A stretch of DNA of 63,782 nucleotides, filler included, from Octopus bimaculoides (GCF_001194135.2; 7 parts of 7 records of this genome joined end to end with filler, not necessarily neighbours in it), one strand, 5' to 3'; counted from the whole stretch's first letter, positions 26,601 through 38,590 are shown. Numbers and translations: made by a program. The notes: generated by a model from the sequence alone, not told the origin.

Positions 26601-27900
26601 AGTACATCCATCCTGTTGAAAATATAGAAATAGCATAGTTACAGGTAAGATGTAAATTTACTCCTTCATGTCATGAAAACACCCAAATGATAGGTTTACT
26701 AAGTTACTCTTTTACTCTTTTACTTGTTTCAGTCATTTGACTGTGGCCATGCTGGAGCACCGCCTTTAGTCGAGCAAATCGACTCCAGGACTTATTCTTT
26801 GTAAGCCTAGTACTTATTTTATCCGTCTCTTTTGCCGAACCGCTAAGTTACGGGGACGTAAACACACCGGCATCAGATGTCAAGNNNNNNNNNNNNNNNN
26901 NNNNNNNNNNNNNNNNNNNNNNNNNNNNNNNNNNNNNNNNNNNNNNNNNNNNNNNNNNNNNNNNNNNNNNNNNNNNNNNNNNNNNNNNNNNNNNNNNNNN
27001 NNNNNNNNNNNNNNNNNNNNNNNNNNNNNNNNNNNNNNNNNNNNNNNNNNNNNNNNNNNNNNNNNNNNNNNNNNNNNNNNNNNNNNNNNNNNNNNNNNNN
27101 NNNNNNNNNNNNNNNNNNNNNNATATATATATACATATATACGATGGGCTTCTTTCAGTTTCTGTCAACGAAATCCACTCACAAGGCTTTGGTCAACCCA
27201 AAGCTATAGTAGAAGACACTTACCCAAGGTGCCATGCTAGGGCACTGCCTTGAAGAATTGTTAGTTGAATCAACTCCAGGACTTAATTTTGGTTAATCCA
27301 GGTACTTATTCTATCGTTCTCTTTTTGATGAACCATTAAGTTACAGGGATGTAAGCACACCATCATCAGTTGTCAAGTGGAGGGACACACACACAAACAC
27401 ACACACACACACACACGCAGGCAGGCACACACACACATATTCAACAGGCTTCTTTCATTTTCTGCCTACCAAATCTACTCACAAGGCTTTGGTTGGCCCA
27501 AGGCTATAGTAGAAGACATTTGTTCAAAGTGCCACACAATGGGACTGAACTCAGAACCGTGTGGTTGAGGAGCAAACTTCTTCCCACAAAGCCATGCCTG
27601 TAAAATAAGTTGTTTTGAGTTTCTGTAGAAAGAGGTGTTTGTTTGTGTGGTAGTAATGGTGGGGGGGGGGAGTCAATAGGAAAGTGGCCAGGGAACCAAG
27701 TATGGGCAGCCCGGAAAAAGTTTGGGAAACACTGTACCAGGTTATCAGAGCTGACCTGGGACTATACAACAATAACAATTACAAAAACATAGACATGTGC
27801 ACAGACAGACATTCATATGCAAAAACAACACTACACACATATGTATTTGTATGCATGGACATAAACAAACTCATGCACACACACATCTAAATGGAATCAT

Positions 27901-27947
<47 letters not shown>

Positions 27948-28889
27948 TATACTCTTTACTCTTTTACTCATTTACTTGTTTCAGTCTTTTGACTGTGGCC
28001 ATGCTGGAGCACTACCTTTAGTTGAGCAAATTGACCCCAGGACTTATTCTTTGGAAGCCTAGTACTTATTCTATCGGTCTCTTTTGCCGAACCGTAAACA
28101 CACCAGCATCGGTTGTCAAGTGATGTTGGGGGGACAAACACAGACACACATACATATATATATATATATATACATATATACGACAGGCTTCTTTCAGTTT
28201 CTGTCTACCAAATCCACTCACAAGGCTTTGGTCGGCCCGAGGCTATAGTAGAAGACACTTGCCCAAGGTGCCACGCAGTGGGACTGAACCCGGAACCATG
28301 TGGTTGGTAAGCAAGCTACTTACCACACAGCCACACCTACACCTATGTTCATATATGCACTCATGCATACAGCACATACATACACAATGTTACGGTGTCA
28401 GTAGCTTTTAATGTAAATAATGATGGGAAGAATTGTCACAGACCAACTGTACTACTGTCACTGATGCTGCAGCCTCTGTTGCTGCAGATGCTGCTATTGC
28501 TGCTGCCATTAGTGGTGATGGTGGTGGCAGTGGTACTGATGTTGTCGTCAAAGTAGTTTAAATTTGGTTCGGCATTAATGGAGTAGACATATGACCTAAA
28601 GCATTCAAACCCTAACTTCCTATTTTTATGGTGCAAATGTACAAAAGACAAAAGACAGAGAAAAGTGAGGGAACAACAAACAAGGTGCATTATTTTGATG
28701 CTCAGGAGAAATAGAAAAGTCTTTGATGTTTTGAGCCTATGCACTTTAACAGAAAGGAAGGAGAAAAGAAAATAGATGGAGAGAGGAAAAGAAAAACGGA
28801 GAGAGAATGTCCAGTAGGTGTAACTTACAAGCAAGCCCCACTTCTCATAACTTTTAGAAAGATGGATATTTTCTAATAAAATTTTTTAC

Positions 28890-29450
28890 AGGCGCAGGAG
28901 TGGCTGTGCGGTAAGTAGCTTGCTTACCAACCACATGGTTCTGGGTTCATTCCCTCTGCGTGGCACCTTGGGCCAAGTGTCTTCTACTATAGCCTCAGGC
29001 CGACCAAAGCCTTGTGAATGGATTTGGTAGACAGAAACTGAAAGAAGCCCGTCGTATATATATATATATNNNNNNNNNNNNNNNNNNNNNNNNNNNNNNN
29101 NNNNNNNNNNNNNNNNNNNNNNNNNNNNNNNNNNNNNNNNNNNNNNNNNNNNNNNNNNNNNNNNNNNNNNNNNNNNNNNNNNNNNNNNNNNNNNNNNNNN
29201 NNNNNNNNNNNNNNNNNNNNNNNNNNNNNNNNNNNNNNNNNNNNNNNNNNNNNNNNNNNNNNNNNNNNNNNNNNNNNNNNNNNNNNNNNNNNNNNNNNNN
29301 NNNNNNNNNNNNNNNNNNNNNNNNNNNNNNNNNNNNNNNNNNNNNNNNNNNNNNNNNNNNNNNNNNNNNNNNNNNNNNNNNNNNNNNNNNNNNNNNNNNN
29401 NNNNNNNNNNNNNNNNNNNNNNNNNNNNNNNNNNNNNNNNNNNNNNNNNN

Positions 29451-29484
<34 letters not shown>

Positions 29485-29712
29485 TTATATGTATATGTAT
29501 GTATGTGTGTATATGTTTATGTGTTTGTGTTTGTCCCCCAACATCGCTTGACAACCAATGCCGGTGTGTTTACGTCCCCATAACTTAGCAGTTCGGCAAA
29601 AGAAACTGATAGAATAAGTACTAGGCTTACAAAGAATAAGTCCTGGGATCGGTTTACTCGACTAAAGGTGGTGCTCCAGCATGGCCGCAGTCAAATGACT
29701 GAAACAAGTAAA
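28890..29712 (+). mobile_element. tRNA-derived SINE, family A (head, central microsatellite, LINE-like tail)
   Basis: Head GGCGCAGGAGTGGCTGTGCGGTAAG with A/B-box-like motifs; tail ggtgctccagcatggccgcagtcaaatgactgaaacaagtaaaagag. Other copies at ~21025-21340(-), 23745-24090(+), 26703-27235(-), 27250-27600(-), 27950-28340(-), 31720-32095(-), 36015-36395(+), 38965-39235(+), 41860-42200(-), 52100-52320(-), 52905-53045(+). Confidence 0.85.
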
Positions 29713-29849
29713 AGAGAGAAATATCTTCCAAACAGTATAGATTACAATTAAATCACAGTGTGCAGGGTAAGGTGAAATTTCATGCAATTTGACTTTGTTT
29801 CCTCATACATTTTTTGTGATGTAGAAAACAATTATGTTGGAAAAATTAC

Positions 29850-29992
29850 TTGTGAAGACTATTCCAACCTTTCCCTTCTTGAATTTGTTTAATGAATGTT
29901 TTTAACAAAATGAAATTTTCTAGAACATAATTTGAAAAAGCAAAACTGTCAAAGGTGAATTTGTTCATATGACTGTCTGGTATGGTAAAGGC
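29850..29992 (-). CDS. Candidate upstream exon with about two divergent leucine-rich repeats
   Basis: Acceptor ATGCTATTTTCAG, donor AA|GTAATT, 143 nt, one open frame: AFTIPDSHMNKFTFDSFAFSNYVLENFILLKTFIKQIQEGKGWNSLH. LENFILLKTFIKQIQEGKGWNSL fits LxxLxLxxNxIxxIxxxxxFxxL spacing. Link to the 11873 exon is inferred. Confidence 0.4.
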
Positions 29993-30126
29993 CTGAAAAT
30001 AGCATTTCATTAAAGAAAATATTCACTTGTGACACCTTGGGAAATTGTCTTCTACTGTGGCCTCAGGCCAACCAAAGCATTGTCAGTGGATTTGGTAGAT
30101 GGAAACTGAAAGAAGCCCATTGCATA

Positions 30127-30157
<31 letters not shown>

Positions 30158-30159
30158 AC

Positions 30160-30440
30160 TAAACTCTGCTTGCGAAGACCTGTTGGGGCAAGTGAAATCA
30201 AAATCGTAATTGAACCATATTCGACGAACCATATTCAATGAACCATATTCGATGACCGGCACCTGTGCCAGTGGAGCACTAACAGCACCATCCAAGTGTG
30301 ATCATTACCAGAGCAGCTGTCTGACTTCCGTGCTAGTGGCACGTAAATAGCACCATTTGAGCGTGATCGTTACCAGCGTCGCCTTACTGGCACTTGTGCC
30401 AGTGGCACGTTAGAAAATCATTCGAGTGAGGTCGTTGCCA
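30160..30440 (+). repeat. Interspersed repeat with internal tandem units
   Basis: 3x gaaccatattc(g/a)a, then repeated (t)gccagtggcac / tagtggcacg units. Confidence 0.5.
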
Positions 30441-30751
30441 NNNNNNNNNNNNNNNNNNNNNNNNNNNNNNNNNNNNNNNNNNNNNNNNNNNNNNNNNNNN
30501 NNNNNNNNNNNNNNNNNNNNNNNNNNNNNNNNNNNNNNNNNNNNNNNNNNNNNNNNNNNNNNNNNNNNNNNNNNNNNNNNNNNNNNNNNNNNNNNNNNNN
30601 NNNNNNNNNNNNNNNNNNNNNNNNNNNNNNNNNNNNNNNNNNNNNNNNNNNNNNNNNNNNNNNNNNNNNNNNNNNNNNNNNNNNNNNNNNNNNNNNNNNN
30701 NNNNNNNNNNNNNNNNNNNNNNNNNNNNNNNNNNNNNNNNNNNNNNNNNNN

Positions 30752-31091
30752 NATAAGAACGAGATACTGCAGCAGCGTCGGTTTCAGAGGACCTCAGCTC
30801 TTCAATGCCCTGCCAAAACATTTGAGAGACATGCAAGACATGGATGCGGAGGTCTTCAAGACAAAACTTGACGCTTTCCTCTCCACGATACCAGACGAAC
30901 CAATGGCTCGTAATGAGACGCAGTTTAGGGCAGCTATGTCAAATTCTCTTATACACCAGATGTGCCATCAAAACTCTTGATTGGACCATGTCAGGTTGGG
31001 GAGAAGAGCCATGCAAGGAACGTGAAAATCACGGTGGTGCACCAGCATGACCGCAGCCACTTGACTGAAACACATAAATAAATAAATAAAT
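30752..31091 (+). mobile_element. CR1/L2-group LINE 3' end
   Basis: IRTRYCSSVGFRGPQLFNALPKHLRD...FKTKLDAFLSTIPDEP; same family as 33570-34196; ends in (TAAA)n. Confidence 0.8.
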
Positions 31092-31309
31092 ATACTTCTT
31101 AGTCACAAATGGAGGAACAGTATAAAGTCTGCACAATATAGATAGGTATAAGTTCCCCAGTTTTGTAAAGTTCTATAAAATATAAGTTTGTGAATATTGC
31201 TGTAATTCACATCCTGTTGTCTTAACACCTTTCCTACCACAGGAGTCACTGATGACTTCCAGCAGTGATGTTTTTCTCTTTGTTATTTTTTGTTTTGCTT
31301 TTTTTACAG

Positions 31310-31423
31310 AGCTTCACATTTCTCTGGTTCAAACTACATTCTATGAAACGTACAAAACACATGCTTCTCAGTATTTCTTGAATGGATTTCTATTTGAATC
31401 AATAGAAACTGAGATAGAACCTG
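31310..31423 (+). CDS. Internal exon, probably the first exon of the ZP-C subdomain (out of order relative to 13250-15910)
   Basis: Strong acceptor TTTTGTTTTGCTTTTTTTACAG, donor G|GTAAGG, 114 nt, phase 1 to 1, only one open frame: LHISLVQTTFYETYKTHASQYFLNGFLFESIETEIEP. By eye resembles the ZP-C start that precedes Cys5 (uromodulin-type). Exit phase fits the 13250 exon. Confidence 0.68.
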
Positions 31424-32613
31424 GTAAGGAAGGTGCAAGTTATCGTCATCTCCATAATTGGAACACTGCCCTCTATAAAGTAATTTTGGTAGGAAAGAAG
31501 CTTTTACAGCTTATATAATATAATCTGAAATATAATCCGTAGAAAATATCCTAAATAAATGAAAAAAATTTCCATAGATCCATAAACACTTTTTAACACA
31601 TTTATCCCATGGTACAAATTGAATATAATAATCGTTCTGTAGTACAGGAGTCATCAGTGATATCCATGCTATAAACCAATGTGATATTTTATGTAGTGAA
31701 CTAGAATATATATATATATCTTTTATCTTTCACATGTTTCAGTCATTAGACTGCAGCCATACTGGGGCACCACATTGAACAATTTTTAGTTGAATAAATC
31801 AACCCCAGTACTTATTCCATTGATCTCTTTGCCAAACTGCTAAGTTATGGAGATGTAAACACACCAACACCAGTCATCAAGTGGTGGTGGGGATTGTACA
31901 AGCACGGGCACAAAGACATATGCACATAGATATATATACATATATATGACGAGCTTCTTTCAGTTTCCTTCAACCAAATCCACTCACAAGACTTTGGTCA
32001 GGCCAATACTAGAGTAGAAAATATTTGCCCAAGGTGCCATGCAGTGGAACGAAACTATGGGGTTGCGAATCAAGCTTCTTACCACACAGATATGTCTGAG
32101 CTGATACGGCTAAAAAAAAGTCTTTGACACATCATTTATAACAAAATTGGACCACTAGGTCACAAAATATTATGGCACAAAAGAGGTAGGCAAAGTGTTA
32201 ATGAGAAAAATGGGAAGAAAAAAATGAACAAAGGAGGGATGGATGGGCAAGGTGGTAGGGCATATTTGAAAATGTTGTGCGGGATTAACCATGCCTGAAA
32301 AACAAAATGGGTGAACTGGTTATAGGTGGAATTGTCTTTGATCTTGGGTCTACTCAATCAGAACTGATCAGCAACTAAACAACAACAACAAAAAAAACAA
32401 GCCATTGACTACAATGACAACCATTTCGCCCCTACCACCACCCACCAACAACAACAACAACAACAATAACACGACGTAATATGTGCATATGATCAGTTAA
32501 TCATGAAACAATAAATCACTGAGGTTAATTATTCAGGAAGAGAGAGAGAGAGAGACCTTGTTAGCATTAACTTGATTAATCACGAAACAGCCGTACTTTT
32601 AATATCATTATAT

Positions 32614-32648
<35 letters not shown>

Positions 32649-33248
32649 NNNNNNNNNNNNNNNNNNNNNNNNNNNNNNNNNNNNNNNNNNNNNNNNNNNN
32701 NNNNNNNNNNNNNNNNNNNNNNNNNNNNNNNNNNNNNNNNNNNNNNNNNNNNNNNNNNNNNNNNNNNNNNNNNNNNNNNNNNNNNNNNNNNNNNNNNNNN
32801 NNNNNNNNNNNNNNNNNNNNNNNNNNNNNNNNNNNNNNNNNNNNNNNNNNNNNNNNNNNNNNNNNNNNNNNNNNNNNNNNNNNNNNNNNNNNNNNNNNNN
32901 NNNNNNNNNNNNNNNNNNNNNNNNNNNNNNNNNNNNNNNNNNNNNNNNNNNNNNNNNNNNNNNNNNNNNNNNNNNNNNNNNNNNNNNNNNNNNNNNNNNN
33001 NNNNNNNNNNNNNNNNNNNNNNNNNNNNNNNNNNNNNNNNNNNNNNNNNNNNNNNNNNNNNNNNNNNNNNNNNNNNNNNNNNNNNNNNNNNNNNNNNNNN
33101 NNNNNNNNNNNNNNNNNNNNNNNNNNNNNNNNNNNNNNNNNNNNNNNNNNNNNNNNNNNNNNNNNNNNNNNNNNNNNNNNNNNNNNNNNNNNNNNNNNNN
33201 NNNNNNNNNNNNNNNNNNNNNNNNNNNNNNNNNNNNNNNNNNNNNNNN

Positions 33249-33293
<45 letters not shown>

Positions 33294-33569
33294 CACACAT
33301 ATATATATGTATATATATATACATATACACATACATACACATGCATATGTATGTGTGTGTATGTATGTATGTATGCATGTATGTATGTGGGTTTTTATGT
33401 ATGTATGAATTACCAATAAACATTTCCACTCAATCCAGCACACTAATTAAGTTCCCATTTGAACAATGGTCTTCTCACCTCTATACTCAGCACATTCTAT
33501 ATGTGTATATGCGTACATACACAAATATATATAAACACATACACAAAAATGTAAAAAGATATATATCAG

Positions 33570-34196
33570 GAAACCATGATGGTGCTCTGGAGGACACTTG
33601 TTCTAAGCCACTTTGACTATTGCTCTCAGCTATGGTCACCAACCAGTGTCAAATTAATCTCAGAACTTGAGGCAATTCAACGAAGTTACACGAAGAAGAT
33701 AGCCGCTATGCGGCATATAAGCTATTGGGAAAGACTCAAGAGATTAAGACTCTATTCCTTAGAGTGTAGACAAGAAAGATATGCCATAATATACATCTGG
33801 AAGATCCTCGAAGGAATTGTCCCAAATTTTGGCATCAAAAGTTACACAAATAAAAGAACTGGACGCCATTGCATAGTACCAAGGACTCCAAATTTGCCAT
33901 CAAGACGTAGGACAAGATACTGCAATAGCCTGGGCTTCAGAGGTCCACAGCTCTTCAATATCCTCCGGAAGGATCTGAGAGACCTGCATGCGGTGGATGT
34001 AGGTGTCTTCAAGATGGGGCTGGACCTCTTCCTGTCTGGTGTCCCAGATGAACCAACTTCACGGCAGGAGGTGCAGATGAGAGCAGCTGCATCAAACTCT
34101 CTCATGCACCAAATGTCAATTCCTGAAGTAAAATTTGTGAAGTAAAATTGTGTAGCAACACCAAATGGCAGTGCCCCAGCATGGCCACAGCTCACG
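33570..34196 (+). mobile_element. CR1/L2-group LINE 3' fragment (RT C-terminus)
   Basis: LVLSHFDYCSQLWSP...ELEAIQRSYTKKI...SYWERLKRLRLYSLECRQERYAIIYIWKILEG. Confidence 0.85.
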
Positions 34197-34255
34197 TATT
34201 GTATGTATATATGTGTGTGTGTGTGTGTGTGTGTATGTGTGTGTATGTATGTATG

Positions 34256-34293
<38 letters not shown>

Positions 34294-34557
34294 TGTATGT
34301 ATATATATATATATGTATATATGTGTGTGTGTGTGTGTGTATAGATATATATGTATGTTTGTACGTATGTAGTAAGAAGAGGGATATAATATCAAAGCAA
34401 ATACCGAATTTCTCTGAGTAGAAAACCAACGCTTATTTCTTCTGATGGTGTGTTTTTTGGTAATCTTCCTTTAGTTCCCTTCCAATGTTCCAGTTTATTT
34501 CTTGGCTACTTAGAGTGTAAAGTACAATATTTATTTCCAGTTAGTTTATTCATAATA

Positions 34558-35960
34558 ATAGGGGACAAAAGATACAATTTATGCCTGGAGGAATTATGCC
34601 AAATATTTACTTAAAAAAATAAATTAGTTAATACTAGACAAGAAAGAAATCCTAATTGCTTACACAAACAATGTTTCCTTTTTAAAAAATAATAATAGTC
34701 CCACACATGTTTTCATTGCACCAACTACATATTGTTGCATATTCATACGCAGCGATTTATGCATTATTAGCATGATCTCTTCAGGGCATATAAGTATGAC
34801 ATTGTTTGAAGAGGAATTTTCCCTCTGCTTTTAGTTTGAATTAGGCTTGGTAGTAGTAGTAAACTGTGACATTCTTCTATGAGGTGTTTTCTTTTAAAAA
34901 GAAAATATTGTTTGTATAAGCAATTAAAACTTCTTTCATGTCTAGTGTTAACTAATTAATTTTTTTAAGTAAATATTTGACATAATTCCTCCAGGCACAA
35001 ATTGCATCTTTCATTCCCTATTTCATAAGGCTTTGCAGTATTAATAATTTCCCATTTTAATGAATATTTAATATTTTCATCCTTAAGTGACCATATAAGT
35101 TTGCTAAGACTCATTGAAAATTTTCTAGTATTATTTCTAAATGAACTTCCATGATTTGCTATTCTTTGATTTATAAGCATGAGCTAACACCAATATAGTA
35201 ACATTTATTTTTATCTATTTATACACATCTATAGATGGTATTTCTTGCATTACAGTTATTTTAAAATTTGCATTGTGTTCTCCTATCACAATCATATTTT
35301 CCATGTATAAAGTTATCTACATTTTATTATTAGATTTTATAATGTTTGTGTTTGTTTTATATTTTTGCTGATTATCTTTACAATTACTGTTTTCATAACA
35401 GTTGCTACTCTTTCTAGTCACCATGTGTGCCTGTGACTAATAAGTCATAGAATTCAGAGAATTATTTGATTGAACAGTTTCCCTTTGATCATTATTTACT
35501 TTTTTAGCTGTAATTTCAATAGAATTTGGATTAATCATGTTACTATCGTTTTCAAAATTGGTATTATTATTATTATTTTCTTTAATTTGGTTTTCATTAT
35601 TAATCTTATTAATGTTATTGTCCTGAGCTTTTGCAATTTGTTTGGTGTTGTGGGTGACTATAATTTGAGCTAAATTTCTAGAGTTGGGGAACGCAATTCT
35701 AATTCTTCATTTATTAAATAAATTATGTTATTTATTTGTTACCAGAAAAAAATTTGTCCAGTGACTGTATATATAGACATGTATGTATTCATGTATGTAT
35801 ATGATCAAACAAACTCCAAAGAGGCTGGTGTTGGTCTGTATCAGCAATTCTTTTATTATGTTGTAAAATCTATTAAAAAGAAGACAGTGAACATGTGGTG
35901 AGGAATGGAAAATCTGACGTTTCAGACAATGTCCTTCTTCAGGGGAAAGTTGAAAGCAGA
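34558..35960 (-). mobile_element. Penelope-like element remnant (GIY-YIG C-terminus) with inverted repeat
   Basis: RIANHGSSF...LSKLIWSLKDENIKYSLKWEIINTAKPYEIGNERCNLCLEE; ~34558-34690 is an inverted copy of ~34885-35022. Confidence 0.75.
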
Positions 35961-36138
35961 GAAATACACAAGAGACAGCAGAGTTTTACATCTAAGTTAA
36001 AAAAAAAAAAAAACTAAGCAGAATAAGCTTGCTTCCTAACCAAATGGTTCTGGGTTCAGTCTCACTGTATGGTATCTTTGGCAAATGTCTTCTAACCATG
36101 TGAGTGGGTTTGGTAGATGGAAACTGAAAGAAGCTTGT

Positions 36139-36174
<36 letters not shown>

Positions 36175-36532
36175 TATTTGTGTTTGTCCCTCACAGCTGC
36201 TTGACAACCAGTGCTGGTGTGTTTATATCCCCATAAATTAGCAGTTCAGCAAAAGAGATTGATAGAATATGTACCAGCTGTAAATTAAGAAATAAGTCCT
36301 GGAGTTGATTTGTTCAACTATAAACCCTTCAAGGTGGTGCCCCAGCATGGCTACAGTCAAGTGCCTGAAACAAGTAAAAGATATAAGGTAAAAGATAACT
36401 GTTACTCAGAGATTCTTTATAGCTGATTTTCAGTCATCAGTCATAGAAAATTGGCCATCCATAGTCAATAGATTAAAAATTTATTCAAAATATATATGTA
36501 GACTGTAACTTTTCAAAAGGTTGTACAGACAT

Positions 36533-36568
<36 letters not shown>

Positions 36569-36709
36569 NNNNNNNNNNNNNNNNNNNNNNNNNNNNNNNN
36601 NNNNNNNNNNNNNNNNNNNNNNNNNNNNNNNNNNNNNNNNNNNNNNNNNNNNNNNNNNNNNNNNNNNNNNNNNNNNNNNNNNNGAGGAGGAGGAGGAGGA
36701 GGAGGAGGA

Positions 36710-37430
36710 TTGCCACAAGACAACAGCATTAGATTGCTGTGGAATAATGAGGGATATAAATACTTAAGTGTGCTGCAAGACTATAGGATAATGGAAAGAG
36801 AAATGAGAGAGAAAGTCACTAAAGAGTGTACAAGAGAATTAGGAAGGTGCCTGAAGCAAAATTAAGCGGCAGGACCATCATTAAAACCATGAATACATGG
36901 ACTATGCCTGTGTTGAGATACTCTGCTCCCTTTCTGAAGTGGACAAAGGTTGAGCTACAGAACTTAGATAGAAGAACTAGGAAGCTGTTCACAATGCACA
37001 ACACTAAAAGCAATACTGACCGACTCTACCTACCAAGAAAGGAAGGTGGCAGAGGATTACTAAATGCAGAAGGCACCGTTAATACTGCAATACTGAGTCT
37101 GAAAAGGTATGTTGTGCAGAATAAAGAAAAGATGCTATCAGCAACCAGTAAAAGAATTCAAAGAGAAAAGGAAGAATGCTGGAGCAAACAGAGAGAAAGT
37201 GATGGAACTACATGGCCAATTCATGCGACAAACACAAAAGTAAAGATTGTTGAAAGTAAAGATAGCTGACTCTGGTTTCCTAGCCTGGATGCTTTTCTGC
37301 CACTGATCCAGCCAGGATACTATGGAAGGCAAATCCACACACAAGTTATACAATTTGAATAATAAAGAGCCACATATAGTTAGAATTTTAGCACTAAAGT
37401 GTTTGCAGGAGATTAATAACCACAGCATCA
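36710..37430 (+). mobile_element. R4/NeSL-like LINE fragment (RT thumb region)
   Basis: YKYLSVL..., IIKTMNTWTMPVLRYSAPFLKWTKVELQNLDRRTRKLFTMH...DRLYLPRKEGGRGLLN. Confidence 0.8.
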
Positions 37431-38129
37431 ACAATAGAAATTATAGAATTTATTTCAAATTTTGACATACGATAATCCGCTGAGTGTTCCCCTGACATGT
37501 TTGCTATTCAAAACATATGCAGAATCAAGGTGACAGGGTATGTGTGCAATGAGGCTGTCCCTTTGAATAATAGATACAGACCATCCAATGAGATTCTGTA
37601 CAGTTTCCATCTACTCAATTTCATTCACAATATATGGGTTGGTCTGAGGCTACAGAAAATGACATTTGGCCAAGATGCCTGTGAATTATGAGATGACACA
37701 GGAAGCAACCATTACTATGTATATTCGTTATGTCATACATCATAAACTCATGCCATCACACTTAGTGTGTACATCTTAACGTAAAGTCACTTTCATTACA
37801 TCTCCCTTCTTTACAAACATTGCAAGAGGTATTATTGTAGTCAATATACACACAAAGTTTCAGTTATGGCAATATTTGGAACTTAAATTATCAACTTCAA
37901 ATAAACTCAACTATATATTCATTATCATTCTTATAAAGTAACTTTCTTCAAAGTCCCTGTATATATCTTCTTTAAATTTAACTGTCCATAAATGAATTTT
38001 TTTTTTTTTTTTTTTCGCATTAAGAAAATGATCTCTTTAACTTTTTCAAATGTGGGACAAATAATGAAATATGCTTCCTAGCAATTAACACAGTTCATGA
38101 GTCTCTCTTTTCATGGAGCACTTCTCAAA

Positions 38130-38590
38130 TTCAACAGTTGTTGATATCAGTTTCAATATTGTTCTGGCATGTTGATTTTTCATCCGGATCTTATTGTTTA
38201 ATTACAGATAGTGTCTGTAGTCTCAGCTTCATCTGTATCACAGTTGTCCACAGATGACAGCGATTTCATCAGTACTGTCTTCCATCTGACAGTGTTATGT
38301 TATAGGATCTTGGTGCGTCATCAACTGATTTGACAACTCTAGGCTTCCATGACTGCTTTTCTTGAATCCTGACTTGCTGTCCTTCTGGCTCACCAGAAGT
38401 TCTCAGCTCTCAGTCAAACCGTCAAACCTATGCCAGCATGGAAAGCGGACGTTAAATGACGATGATGATGATGATGATGATGATGATGACAGCGATTTCA
38501 TCAGTACTGTCTTCCATCTGACAGTGTTATGTCATAGGATCTTGGTGCGTCATCAACTGATTTGACAACTCTAGGCTTCCATGACTGTTA
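38130..38590 (-). mobile_element. Gypsy-like integrase C-terminal fragment, interrupted by a short insertion
   Basis: QSWKPRVVKSVDDAPRSYNITLSDGRQY**NRCHL matches the PRSY...G..YRRNR.HL motif of Gypsy Pol C-termini. Confidence 0.7.
38356..38484 (+). mobile_element. Short retroposed 3' tail (RTE-like) ending in (GAT)n, flanked by 103-bp direct repeats
   Basis: 38253-38355 equals 38485-38587 with one mismatch; the insert ends cctatgccagcatggaaagcggacgttaaatgac(gat)n. Confidence 0.65.

Noticed and set aside
28890-28965. tRNA gene
   Set aside because: A/B-box-like motifs continue directly into SINE body sequence present in many copies; no complete cloverleaf.
32160-32302. Strong minus-strand acceptor followed by a hydrophobic frame (possible terminal exon)
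   Set aside because: Cannot be connected to any model; the hydrophobicity comes from a T-rich low-complexity tract.
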